37,093 nucleotides of DNA from a virus (Duplodnaviria > Heunggongvirae > Uroviricota > Caudoviricetes): the IMG/VR virus record IMGVR_UViG_2740892211_000019; one strand, given 5' to 3'. The notes under the pieces were generated by a model. It saw only the letters and a program-made list of their open reading frames with translations, was not told where the DNA came from and ran no database searches. The position numbers and the translations under genes were made by a program. Shown one piece after another: positions 8,872 through 17,992 of this stretch (its first letter is position 1; each line of letters opens with the position of its first letter).

Positions 8872-8918
8872 AGCGCACACAAAACAGGCAAAAACGGGAT
8901 TTCAGAATCCCGTAAACG
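8818..8918. repeat. Two copies of a ~28-bp palindromic unit (AAACGGGATT-N5-AATCCCGTAAA) about 73 bp apart, directly upstream of parM
   Basis: Copy 1 at 8818..8848 lies inside the last codons of gpA; copy 2 at 8891..8918 overlaps a possible -35/-10 for parM. Read directly from the sequence. Confidence 0.5.
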
Positions 8919-8947
8919 ATTAATTAATCAACATAAGGAAAAGCGAC

Positions 8948-9907
8948 ATGAAAATTTGTATCGACGACGGCTCCACCAACATCAAGCTGGCATGGACTGA
9001 GAATGGCGAACGCCGCAACGCCATCAGCCCGAACAGCTTCAAGTCGGAATGGTCTGCGCCGTTCGGTGGCATGCAGCCCGCGAACTACATGCTTGATGGC
9101 GTGCGCTATGGTTTTGATCCGGTCAGCGATCGCTTTGTCCAGACGACCGACACGCAATACCAGTACAGCGATGTGAATGTAATCGCCATTCATCACGCGC
9201 TGGTCAAATCAGGCATCACGCCACAGGAGGTGGATGTGGTTGTCACCCTGCCACTGAGCGAGTATTTCGACACAAACGCACAGCCGGACATGGCCAACAT
9301 CAACCGCAAAAAAGCGAACGTTATGCGCCCGGTGGAGTACCAGAACGGCGAAGCATTCACTATCCGTAACGTGCGGGTTATGCCTGAATCCATTCCGGCT
9401 GGCTTTAAAGCACTGGCTGACATGAGTCCGTTTGAATCCCTGCTGATTGTGGATTTAGGCGGAACCACGCTGGATGTGGCAAAGGTTCAGGGGCAACTGG
9501 CAGGTATCAGCCAGGTGTTTTGCGATCCACACGTAGGCGTCTCCCTGATGGCCGGTGCCGTGCTGTCGGTGATGGCCGCTAACGGTATGCGTACCAGTCA
9601 CCACATCGCCAATACCATTATCGAACATCGCCATGATGAAGCCTGGTTGCGCCAACACATCCACAATGACGCGCATTACGCCAGCCTGATGGCGGTTATT
9701 CGTGAAAAGGAAGAAACACTGAAACAACGCGTGATCCGCGCGCTGGCGGGTTTTTCGGGTTACGGGCGGGTGATGGTTGTCGGTGGCGGGGCGGAGATTG
9801 TGGCACCCGCTATCCGCGAAGCCTGCGGAGTTAATGCGACTTTCATCGCGGACGGGGTGCCACAGTTTGCTCTGGTTAATGGGCTGTACGCAATGGACAA
9901 GGAGTAA
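8948..9907 (+). CDS. parM: ParM/StbA-family actin-like ATPase (type II plasmid partition NTPase)
   Basis: Translation carries the ParM signature blocks as I recall them from plasmid R1 StbA/ParM: CIDDGSTNIKLAW, YSDVNVIAIHHAL, VMPESIPAGF, LLIVDLGGTTLDVAKV, VMVVGGGAE. RBS AAGGAAAAG before the ATG at 8948. Confidence 0.85.
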   Translation: MKICIDDGSTNIKLAWTENGERRNAISPNSFKSEWSAPFGGMQPANYMLDGVRYGFDPVSDRFVQTTDTQYQYSDVNVIAIHHALVKSGITPQEVDVVVTLPLSEYFDTNAQPDMANINRKKANVMRPVEYQNGEAFTIRNVRVMPESIPAGFKALADMSPFESLLIVDLGGTTLDVAKVQGQLAGISQVFCDPHVGVSLMAGAVLSVMAANGMRTSHHIANTIIEHRHDEAWLRQHIHNDAHYASLMAVIREKEETLKQRVIRALAGFSGYGRVMVVGGGAEIVAPAIREACGVNATFIADGVPQFALVNGLYAMDKE

Positions 9908-9911
9908 ACCA

Positions 9912-10226
9912 ATGACGACACCAACCAGACGGATAAGTTTCTATCTGAAGCCAGTCGCCGTCAATAGTGAACGGGAGGCGTGTAATTACCTCGACAGCCT
10001 GCCAGCCTCTGAACGCAGCCGCGCGCAACGCGCGGCCTTTCTGGCCGGGCTGGCACTCATAAAACGCGATCCTGCATTTGCCTATTGGTTGGCCGAATGG
10101 CCGGAAGAAGGAGCTGCGCCAGCCAAGAATAATATTCAGAGTAAATATGCCAGCACACCTGCCACCGGAAGCAATCACAGCACTAGCGAGATAAGAAAGA
10201 ACATTCAGTCATTTTTCCCAGAGTGA
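9912..10226 (+). CDS. parR: ParR/StbB-like centromere-binding protein (ribbon-helix-helix)
   Basis: ATG at 9912 with AAGGAG upstream, 4 nt after the parM stop. N-terminal beta-strand-like RISFYLKPV, then LDSLPASERSRAQRAAFLAGLAL, which closely matches my recollection of the R1 ParR core. Confidence 0.7.
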   Translation: MTTPTRRISFYLKPVAVNSEREACNYLDSLPASERSRAQRAAFLAGLALIKRDPAFAYWLAEWPEEGAAPAKNNIQSKYASTPATGSNHSTSEIRKNIQSFFPE

Positions 10227-10245
10227 AAACAGGAGAGGAGCATCT

Positions 10246-10707
10246 ATGGCAACTATCCCCAAAAAATGGTTACAACGCAAAATTGCAGACCTTGAATCGT
10301 GTCGTGAAGACATCCCGTTTGGCCTTGATGAAAACGATCACAATATGTTAATCGCACTGAAAATCGCACTCACATCGCTGGAAGCAGAGGCAGTTATGTT
10401 CTGTATATCAGGACAAAATGTAGATTCAGAAGAACATGTATCAACCAGCAAAGCGGTTGTTGATGCCTGGGTTGAAGAATGGAATCAGGTTGACGGAAGT
10501 CCTGGCGAACCACTGTACAAAACTATGCCACTCTACTATCACGCTGCCTTGCCAGCGCCGGTAGTGCCGGAAGAAGCAACTCCGGAAAACGTAGAAATGC
10601 TCTCTGGCTATGTTTCCACATACAAATTAACCGATAGCGAGCGCGATATTGCTGCCGAAATATGGAACGCCTGCCGCGCCGCTATGCTTCATGGGAAAGG
10701 AGAGTGA
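10246..10707 (+). CDS. Hypothetical acidic protein (153 aa), third gene of the parMR operon
   Basis: ORF track; RBS AGGAGAGGAG before the ATG at 10246. No family recognised. Confidence 0.6.
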   Translation: MATIPKKWLQRKIADLESCREDIPFGLDENDHNMLIALKIALTSLEAEAVMFCISGQNVDSEEHVSTSKAVVDAWVEEWNQVDGSPGEPLYKTMPLYYHAALPAPVVPEEATPENVEMLSGYVSTYKLTDSERDIAAEIWNACRAAMLHGKGE

Positions 10708-10708
10708 T

Positions 10709-10972
10709 ATGGCAACTTTAACAAAAAAAGAACGGGCATGGTTGAACGAATTACAGGACGTTCTTGATCGCTGCCCATCACCGAAAAAAATTGGTTTTTA
10801 CACCATTGGCGATAAAAGCATTTACCTGTATGACCTGCGCCGCATGGATGAAATCATGGAGGCTCTTGATAATCGTTCGTCAATGGATTGGTGTGTTGCT
10901 GTCCATGATATGAATGCAGGGTTTGATGAAAAGATTTTGTTCCCCTCATCAGTTGAAAGCACAGCAGGATAA
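10709..10972 (+). CDS. Hypothetical protein (87 aa), fourth gene of the parMR operon
   Basis: ATG at 10709 (MATLTKKERAWLNELQ...) one nt after the previous stop, with GGAAAGGAGAG upstream. No family recognised. Confidence 0.55.
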   Translation: MATLTKKERAWLNELQDVLDRCPSPKKIGFYTIGDKSIYLYDLRRMDEIMEALDNRSSMDWCVAVHDMNAGFDEKILFPSSVESTAG

Positions 10973-11006
10973 GGACCCAGCCAATATACACAACCTATAA
11001 AACACT

Positions 11007-11033
11007 AAAGCGCCTCAGGGGCGCTTTTTGTTT
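11007..11033 (+). terminator. Rho-independent terminator (AGCGCC-tcagg-GGCGCT followed by TTTTTGTTT)
   Basis: Hairpin plus T-tract read directly from the sequence, downstream of the four-gene operon. Confidence 0.7.
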
Positions 11034-11060
11034 GCACAAAAGTGCACAAATTTGCACAAT
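11033..11060. repeat. Three TGCACAA(A/T) repeats at exact 10-bp phasing
   Basis: Copies start at 11033, 11043 and 11053, immediately after the terminator and within the region where the cos site is expected. Confidence 0.5.
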
Positions 11061-11483
11061 TTTTTTGAACGACTTTTTACCCTTCCGGCCCGCATGGCGG
11101 CTGGATCCGTCAAGGATCCGTGCGTGCACAAAAAAACGCGCTTTTTCTACGCGCAGGTGACGGGGGAACAGCCCGCGTTTCAGGGGGTAAATAGCATTCC
11201 CTGAACGATGTCGCAGAGATACAACAGAATGGCTGTATTTCTCACGCTGAGCGTGAAAAAGACGTGAGGGCTTTTGATTTGATGGGGTGAAAGGTAAGGC
11301 CGTCAAAATCGCACTGAGACGGCGAGAACATGCAGTCAACGCGGTGGGATTGCGTAAGAGTCTGGCTGTCGATGATGGCAATAAGCAGGAAAGCGTCGTG
11401 AAATTATCTGATTGATACAGGAGCTGGAGAGTCGGGGCATAAATTTTTTATGCCCCGGCGAAGCAGCAGACAAGCGAAGCGCG

Positions 11484-12530
11484 TCAGGATGTGGGCTGGG
11501 TGTCCAGCAGTGCATAAGGGTTAAAGCGGATCACCTCTTCGCCAAGCCAGTCATTGATGTGCTTCATGGCCTCCATGACGGGCATCAGCTCGTTAATTGC
11601 GTAAACCCGCGCGGCCTTCTCCACATCACCAAACGCACTTTTTTCGCCCGGCATCGCCCCCATCAGTTGCGGCGGAACGCGGTGCGCAGCCAGCACATCA
11701 TCACGGGATGCCGCCTTAACATTCATGAACTCATCCTTTGCGGTGATCTGCTGGAACGGCAAAATTTGCACCCCCTCTTTGCCCCCGTTGGGCGCATGGA
11801 TGAGCACGTTTTTAAACGCACCACCACCACGCGCACCCTGTAGCGTTTCTTTCAGGGAGTCCATGCTTTCGCGGTTTACCTGCGCTGCACCGATGTAGAT
11901 GATGCACCCGGCGTGGGATCCATTGTCGTAATACAGTTTTCTGAACATGTCCGCCGAATGAGACAGGCTGGCCGAGAGTAATGCGCCAAGATATTCCGGC
12001 ATGCCGTAAATTTCCTGGTTAATGTCAGGATTCATCAGGTGGCACACTTTGCCAGGGCGAAACTGAAACGCGTCCTTGCCATCCTGCACATACCACCATG
12101 ATTCAAGATCGCTTCCGCGTCGCATGTATTTCGCCAGGGCGTGCCGTAATTTAAGCGGTTCGCCGAGCATATTGCTTCGAAGCTCAAGGAATGCGTTACC
12201 GAACACAAACCAGTCCAGCGCCAGCGCCGAGAAATCCTGCCGGGAAAGCAGCGGGTGCGGAATATAGCAGCCGAGCAATACATTGCGCTTAAAGTAAAGC
12301 GCAGACTGATGCCAGGACGTTTGCCGGGCAGCTCTTGCCAGACCGTACCAGTCCACCGGGGTTTCGTACCACCGCCCGTTATCAGCACAGTACATATTGT
12401 CCAGCAGGTCATGCCCGGTCAGGCGATAAGGACCATCAAATGTGAATGCACTGAGCGATGATTCTTTCCTGAGCGCATCAGCGAGATCAATGCGTGAACT
12501 CATGCGCACTTTTTTATTTTTTCTGCTCAT
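11484..12530 (-). CDS. Q: Portal protein (P2 gpQ-like)
   Basis: ORF track, 348 aa. Size and position match P2 gpQ; overlaps the large terminase gene by 1 nt. Confidence 0.85.
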   Translation of the reverse strand: MSRKNKKVRMSSRIDLADALRKESSLSAFTFDGPYRLTGHDLLDNMYCADNGRWYETPVDWYGLARAARQTSWHQSALYFKRNVLLGCYIPHPLLSRQDFSALALDWFVFGNAFLELRSNMLGEPLKLRHALAKYMRRGSDLESWWYVQDGKDAFQFRPGKVCHLMNPDINQEIYGMPEYLGALLSASLSHSADMFRKLYYDNGSHAGCIIYIGAAQVNRESMDSLKETLQGARGGGAFKNVLIHAPNGGKEGVQILPFQQITAKDEFMNVKAASRDDVLAAHRVPPQLMGAMPGEKSAFGDVEKAARVYAINELMPVMEAMKHINDWLGEEVIRFNPYALLDTQPTS

Positions 12531-14281
12531 CAGAACTCCATAACCGTGAAACGCTCGTTTTCTCCTTCGCCGCCAATCGGTTCGTTAATGACAGCAAGCA
12601 TGGTTGCCCACGCAAGGTCGCCGTGGCTGATCCCCCTCGCTCGGTCCGTTTCGTAAGTGATAAAGCCGCCCGGTGTTTTCACCTTACGCACGGCGTTAAA
12701 GGCCGCGACCAGCTCGCGTTCGGCGCGATCGTATTCCCACCGCCCGGCACGCATTATTTGCAGCATTTTCAGTACCAGCGACCGTTTTGATGACAGCGTG
12801 AAGGTGTACGGAATAGCAGCAGGGAAAAACCGTTTCACTATCTGATAAACAGCCTCCCCGTTCCCGCCCGTCACATCAATGCCGATGTGTTCCACGTTGT
12901 AGCGATACGTGAACTCTTCAATGACTCTGGCCTGTTCTTCAAACTCCAGCCCCTGAACGCGTCGCGTCTCCACCGTTCGAAAACGGCCACCAGGAACAGC
13001 CGGAGGAACCACCACGGACACAGCGCCGCTGTCGCCGTTGCCACTGCTGCCGTTTGCGTCATACCCAATCCATACTGGACGATTCCCCATCGGGCGGGGA
13101 GCAAAAGGTTTCCAGTCTTTCCAGTCGTCGTATCCGTCAACACCGCAGCCAATCAGGATATTCAGGTTAAATGCCGATTCCCCTTCGCGGACAAACTCAC
13201 ACATATAGAGATTGAGGAACTCGTCTTCGGTGTTTTCATCACGAATTTCGTCGATATCGGTGTGTTTCCAGCCGTGATTGACCACATCTTCCAGCGTGAC
13301 AATTTGCCGCCATGTCCGGTCAGGGCAGATAAGCCCGTTATGCAGCGTTTTCCAGTCCACAGAAAAACGCTGGCGTTTATGCGAGGCCTTTTTCTCGTTC
13401 CAGCGGTCGCCGTTCCAGTAGGCGTATGCCTCGTGCGTTTCGGTGGATGGCGTGGAGAAGTAGGTGCGCCGCAATCCGCTGAGGGTTGCCATAGCGCCAG
13501 CCACCTTGCGCAGTTCAGCAAAGCGACTGACCCAGAAAAATTCATCAAAATAAAAATTGCCCGTATAGGACTGTGCCGACGCAGCAGAAGTGCCGAGAAA
13601 ATGCAGCTCTGCGCCGTTGGAGAGGATGATTTTATCGCCCCCTTTCAGCTCCACATCAACTTCAGCCGCGGCCTTCTGAATAATGCTTTTAAACTGGAAC
13701 GCCTGACGACGCGACGCAGACAAAAAAATCTGGTTACGCTGGTAAGGTTGCGCCACATCGTCACGCAGCGCCATCAGCAGTGCTTCCTGTGCAAAATACC
13801 AGGTCGCCCCAATCTGTCGGGATTTCAGGATCATCCTGTTACGTATCCCGGCTTCCCTGCAAAGAGTCAGGGAGTCAAACCAGCCCCGCTGATGCCACTC
13901 CAGCCTGCTGATGATTTTTTCCCGCAGTGCAGCAATCTGTTCCGGCGTGAAATGATTTTTAAGTTTTTTCGCCCGGCCTTTCTTTCCTGTGGCCGTCGCA
14001 TCTGGCTGGCCATCATGCAGTTTTTTAAGCTGCCGGGTCAGCAGGTCTATTTCCTTGAAGTCACCACCTGTTTTATTCTGTTTTTCAGTAAGCTGGATGA
14101 GGCGCGCATCGATGGACTGCGTGACACGCTGCACGGGTGGCGTTTCATCCCACTGGTCGCGTTTTTTCCACGCATAAATCGTGTTCGGGTTTATTCCCAT
14201 CAGACGTGAGATTTCTGCGGGCGGATAACCCTGCCAGTAAAGTTGCCGCGCACGCTGGCGCACAAAAGCGTCCTGAATCAT
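12530..14281 (-). CDS. P: Terminase large (ATPase) subunit (P2 gpP-like)
   Basis: ORF track, 583 aa. Size and synteny match P2 gpP, divergent from the O-N-M-L operon. Confidence 0.85.
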   Translation of the reverse strand: MIQDAFVRQRARQLYWQGYPPAEISRLMGINPNTIYAWKKRDQWDETPPVQRVTQSIDARLIQLTEKQNKTGGDFKEIDLLTRQLKKLHDGQPDATATGKKGRAKKLKNHFTPEQIAALREKIISRLEWHQRGWFDSLTLCREAGIRNRMILKSRQIGATWYFAQEALLMALRDDVAQPYQRNQIFLSASRRQAFQFKSIIQKAAAEVDVELKGGDKIILSNGAELHFLGTSAASAQSYTGNFYFDEFFWVSRFAELRKVAGAMATLSGLRRTYFSTPSTETHEAYAYWNGDRWNEKKASHKRQRFSVDWKTLHNGLICPDRTWRQIVTLEDVVNHGWKHTDIDEIRDENTEDEFLNLYMCEFVREGESAFNLNILIGCGVDGYDDWKDWKPFAPRPMGNRPVWIGYDANGSSGNGDSGAVSVVVPPAVPGGRFRTVETRRVQGLEFEEQARVIEEFTYRYNVEHIGIDVTGGNGEAVYQIVKRFFPAAIPYTFTLSSKRSLVLKMLQIMRAGRWEYDRAERELVAAFNAVRKVKTPGGFITYETDRARGISHGDLAWATMLAVINEPIGGEGENERFTVMEF

Positions 14282-14435
14282 TGCTCCCCCTGAGTAATTA
14301 CAGGAAGATTACCCGCGCGCGAAACCGTTCTCCTTAACCCCCTGTTCTGGCCGTTTTCTTACAACAAAAGCCCTTTGTATCAGCCTGTTACGCTTTGCCA
14401 TCATGACTGAAGAACCAGTCAGAGGGGCAAAAACT

Positions 14436-15272
14436 ATGGCTAATGAAAAAAAGACATCCCGCAAAAAGTTTCGCGTGGCTGTCTCCGGATCAACTGTTGA
14501 TGGCCGCGAAATCAGTCCGGTGCATCTGCGTGAAGCCGCCGAGAACTTCAACCCGGATGTTTACGCCGCCCGCGTGAACGTTGAGCACTATCTCTCGCCA
14601 TGCCCGTCAAGCGAATTTTCCGCAATGGGCGATGTCACCGCGCTGAGTACGGAAGACATTACGGAAGGTCCGCTGGCCGGACGTACTGCGCTGTATGCAG
14701 AAATCGAACCGACCGAGCGCATGAAGCAGCTTGTCGCGGACGGCAAGAAAATCTATTCCAGTATCGAATTGCACCCGCAGTTCTCCGTTAACGGGCGCGC
14801 CTATCTGGTCGGGCTGGCGATGACCGACACCCCGGCAAGCCTGGGCACTGAACGCCTGAAATTCACGGCACAGCAACGTCAGGCGGTGATGACGTTCAAC
14901 AGTGTCCAGGGTGAAGCACCGCTTATCTCCGAAGCCATCGAGTCTGAAATCATCGAAATGGCAGAACAACGCCAGGAAGAAGGCACCCAGTGGTTTAACC
15001 GCGTAATGGGGATTATTGGCCGTGGCCGCAAAGCGGATGACGCCAGTTTCTCCCGTATTCAGGAAGCGGTGGAAGGCGTCGCAACGTCACAGGCCGACAT
15101 TATCGACCGTTTTAATGCGCTGGAAACCCGCCATCAGCAGGACAGCCAGAAAATCACTTTACTGACCACAGAGCTGACAGCACTGAAGGAAAAACTGCGC
15201 ACGCAGGACGGCGATCCGCAGAACCGGTTCACCGCAACGGGCGCAGCCTCCGATCAACTGGCTGACTTCTGA
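14436..15272 (+). CDS. O: Capsid scaffolding protein (P2 gpO-like)
   Basis: ATG at 14436 (MANEKKTSRKKFRVAVSGSTVDGREI...) with GAGGGG upstream. The N-terminus resembles P2 gpO as I recall it. Confidence 0.85.
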   Translation: MANEKKTSRKKFRVAVSGSTVDGREISPVHLREAAENFNPDVYAARVNVEHYLSPCPSSEFSAMGDVTALSTEDITEGPLAGRTALYAEIEPTERMKQLVADGKKIYSSIELHPQFSVNGRAYLVGLAMTDTPASLGTERLKFTAQQRQAVMTFNSVQGEAPLISEAIESEIIEMAEQRQEEGTQWFNRVMGIIGRGRKADDASFSRIQEAVEGVATSQADIIDRFNALETRHQQDSQKITLLTTELTALKEKLRTQDGDPQNRFTATGAASDQLADF

Positions 15273-15295
15273 TAAGACAAAGGAGCAAATTTTTT

Positions 15296-16348
15296 ATGAA
15301 TCTGGTGATGTCAGATATTACCCGCAACAAGCTGGGTTGCTATATGGCGCAGCAGGCGTCGCTTAACAATATCCCGGTTTCCGCACTGGTATCGCGATTT
15401 ACCGTGGAACCCGCGGTGCAGCAACGTTTTGAAAACGCCTCAAAGGAAAGTACCGAATTTACGAAAAGAATTAACGTGATCGGCGTGACCGACCAGAAAG
15501 GCGAAAAAATCCTCCCGGACACCACCGGGCCAATTGCGCGCACGAATAGCAGTTATGACGGCATCAAACGCCGTAACCCGAATAACGTGATCGATATGAA
15601 GTCTCGTCAGTACCAGTGCGAACAGGTGAACTACGATACCTTTATTTCGTACCCACAGCTTGATACCTGGGCGGCCCACAGCGATTTTCAGTCCCGTATC
15701 AGTACACAGATCGCCCGGCAGGTAGCGCTTGATCGCATCATGATTGGCTTTAACGGCACATCCCACGCCTACGAGTCTGATTTTCACACCAACAAGCTGC
15801 TTCAGGACGTAAACGTGGGCTGGCTGGAGCACATCAGAACCGATGCCAGCGAGCGCGTAATGAATGACGTGACGCTGACCTCCCGCAACATGGACAACAC
15901 TGTGGCGCACGCGGGTAAGTATGCGAATGCCGATGCTCTGGTACAGGATGCGCGCTCATCCCTGCTGGATGAATGGCACAAGGAAGCTGACGACCTCGTG
16001 GTGATTATGGGGCGCAACCTGTTTAACTCGCTGCGTCTGCCCGTGCTGAACAGCATCAGCGGCCAGAATCCCAATGCGGAATTACTTGCCGGGCAGCTCA
16101 TCCTGTCATCGCGCACCATTGGCGGGCTGGGCGTGTTCCTTGCGCCGTTCTTCCCGGATGCAACGATGCTTATCACCTCGTTCAACAACCTGTCGATTTA
16201 CTGGCAGAAAGGTTCAATGCGTCGCCTGATGAAAGACGAGCCGGAATACAACCGCATCGCCACCTACCAGTCCATCAATGACGCTTATGTCGTTGAAGAC
16301 TATGGCAAGTGCGCGATGATCACTGGCCTGAAGTTCGCCGACAGCTAA
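15296..16348 (+). CDS. N: Major capsid protein (P2 gpN-like)
   Basis: ORF track, 350 aa; size and synteny. Confidence 0.9.
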   Translation: MNLVMSDITRNKLGCYMAQQASLNNIPVSALVSRFTVEPAVQQRFENASKESTEFTKRINVIGVTDQKGEKILPDTTGPIARTNSSYDGIKRRNPNNVIDMKSRQYQCEQVNYDTFISYPQLDTWAAHSDFQSRISTQIARQVALDRIMIGFNGTSHAYESDFHTNKLLQDVNVGWLEHIRTDASERVMNDVTLTSRNMDNTVAHAGKYANADALVQDARSSLLDEWHKEADDLVVIMGRNLFNSLRLPVLNSISGQNPNAELLAGQLILSSRTIGGLGVFLAPFFPDATMLITSFNNLSIYWQKGSMRRLMKDEPEYNRIATYQSINDAYVVEDYGKCAMITGLKFADS

Positions 16349-16393
16349 TCAACTCACGGCGGGCATCATGCCCGCCTGTAACGGAGAGAAAAA

Positions 16394-17194
16394 ATGATTA
16401 CTCCTGCACAACAACACTGGCAGAACGTGATGGCACAGCGCGCAGGCCGGGCGAATGAAGGTGTGGACCACGCCGCGCGTACCGCGCATGAAGAGGTGCT
16501 GTATCGTCTGCGTCTGGCACAGGCCAGGCTAAAGGGCGTACAGGCCAGAAGCGCGAAAGCCGCCATCAAAAAAGAGTTGTTGCCGGACTTTTCCGGCTGG
16601 ATTGAGGGAACGCTGGAGACTGACGGCGGGCAACAGGACGAAGTAATTGCCACGCTGATGGTGTGGGCGATTGACTGCGGCGATCTTCCGCTGGCGCTGC
16701 GTATTGGTGCATATGTGGTCCGTCACAACCTCATCATGCCGGATAACTTTGGCCGTACTGCTGCCACGGTACTGACCGAAGAAATCTGCAACCCGGTACT
16801 GACGCAGGCCGGGACGGATGCCGACGCGGATTTATCCGCCTTTATCGAACCACTGGACACACTTTGGGAAATTGTCGCCAACCAGGACATGCCGGACGAA
16901 GTGCGCGCCAAATTATGCAAGGCGTGTGCCTTTGCCCGTCGTGGCCTGACCGATGCAGACAACATGGCCTCATCACTGAAGCTGCTGCGCGAAGCGATGC
17001 ACCTGAACCCGAACGCAGGTGTGAAACGCGAGATTGCAACCCTTTCCCGCGCCCTGAAAAAAGCCGATTCCGCAGCCGCACCAGAAGACGCCAGCGCACA
17101 GCAGACGCAGGACGAAAGCAGCAAAAGTAAAAAGACAACGCAGAAGCCTGCAACACGAAAAACCACCGCGACGCAGAAAGCAAAGCGCGGTTAA
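16394..17194 (+). CDS. M: Terminase small / endonuclease subunit (P2 gpM-like)
   Basis: ORF track, 266 aa; synteny after N. Confidence 0.85.
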   Translation: MITPAQQHWQNVMAQRAGRANEGVDHAARTAHEEVLYRLRLAQARLKGVQARSAKAAIKKELLPDFSGWIEGTLETDGGQQDEVIATLMVWAIDCGDLPLALRIGAYVVRHNLIMPDNFGRTAATVLTEEICNPVLTQAGTDADADLSAFIEPLDTLWEIVANQDMPDEVRAKLCKACAFARRGLTDADNMASSLKLLREAMHLNPNAGVKREIATLSRALKKADSAAAPEDASAQQTQDESSKSKKTTQKPATRKTTATQKAKRG

Positions 17195-17286
17195 CGACTG
17201 ACCCCGTCAGCGGGCGGCGTGCGCGGTGTTCCGGTTTGACTCCGTGACCGTTTACACCGCGCACCCACCGCCCGATTTTTTCAGGA

Positions 17287-17790
17287 GTGAACCCCATGAG
17301 TATGGTTGCCAGAACTAACCCCGGCCCCGCAGAGGACGACATCACCGACACCGATGATGGCGATACCCGTATTTCAGCGGGTGCATTCTGGCCGGATATT
17401 GTGCTGCGCGAGCTGCGTCTGGCGGTACGACTGCCGGGCCGCGTGACCACCTCCCGCCTGCTGCATACCGCCACCGGGGCCATAGCACACGTTACCCGCG
17501 AGCTGGAAGCATGGCAGCAGGAACAACAGGCGGCTGGCTATCAGACGCTGGCCGATGTTCCGGCCCCTGTAATTAACGGAGAAAGCGTCAATCTCTGGCA
17601 CTGGCGCAATGCTGTTTATACCGCCACACGCGCCCTGATTCTGGAGCGTTACCGCGATGCGGACACAACGGACAAGGGCGACCGCCGGGCGGACGCACTG
17701 GATATACAGACATCGGATTTGTGGCGCGATGTGAGCTGGGCCATCTCTGACATTCTGGGACGACCGCGAATGTTTGCGGAGCTGTGCTGA
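17287..17790 (+). CDS. L: Head completion / stabilisation protein (P2 gpL-like)
   Basis: ORF track, 167 aa; synteny. Confidence 0.85.
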   Translation: MNPMSMVARTNPGPAEDDITDTDDGDTRISAGAFWPDIVLRELRLAVRLPGRVTTSRLLHTATGAIAHVTRELEAWQQEQQAAGYQTLADVPAPVINGESVNLWHWRNAVYTATRALILERYRDADTTDKGDRRADALDIQTSDLWRDVSWAISDILGRPRMFAELC

Positions 17791-17990
17791 TGAAAGTGAA
17801 GGCACTGGAAGGCGACACCGTGGATTCGCTCTGTTTCCGGTACTACGGCACGACACAGGGCGTCACCGAAAAGGTGCTGGATGCCAACCCCGGACTCTGT
17901 CAGCAGGTATTTCTGGACGCCGGGCAGGAAGTGGAGATGCCGGAGCCGGAGAAGAAGAAACGAGAAATGATTCAGTTGTGGGGGGAGTAG
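17790..17990 (+). CDS. X: Tail protein X (P2 gpX-like)
   Basis: MKVKALEGDTVDSLCFRYYG... fits gpX. ATG at 17790 overlaps the gpL stop (TGATG); the ORF track's 17784 start is a GTG. Confidence 0.8.
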   Translation: MKVKALEGDTVDSLCFRYYGTTQGVTEKVLDANPGLCQQVFLDAGQEVEMPEPEKKKREMIQLWGE

Positions 17991-17992
17991 CA

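Noticed and set aside
10995-11381. 128-aa minus-strand ORF in the gap between the operon terminator and the portal gene
   Set aside because: It spans a terminator and a repeat-rich region expected to contain cos, lacks an RBS and has an Arg/Ser-rich low-complexity translation; likely non-coding.
12887-14209. 440-aa ORF on the plus strand
   Set aside because: Entirely antisense to the large terminase gene, which has clear phage-family character; Arg/Cys-rich nonsense composition.
14282-14435. Ogr-dependent late promoters in the divergent P/O intergenic region
   Set aside because: Expected here by synteny, but I could not find an exact TGT-N12-ACA dyad by eye, so no coordinates are called.
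16842-17483. 213-aa minus-strand ORF (and neighbouring 16723..17166)
   Set aside because: Antisense to the well-supported gpM and gpL genes; no RBS and no family features.
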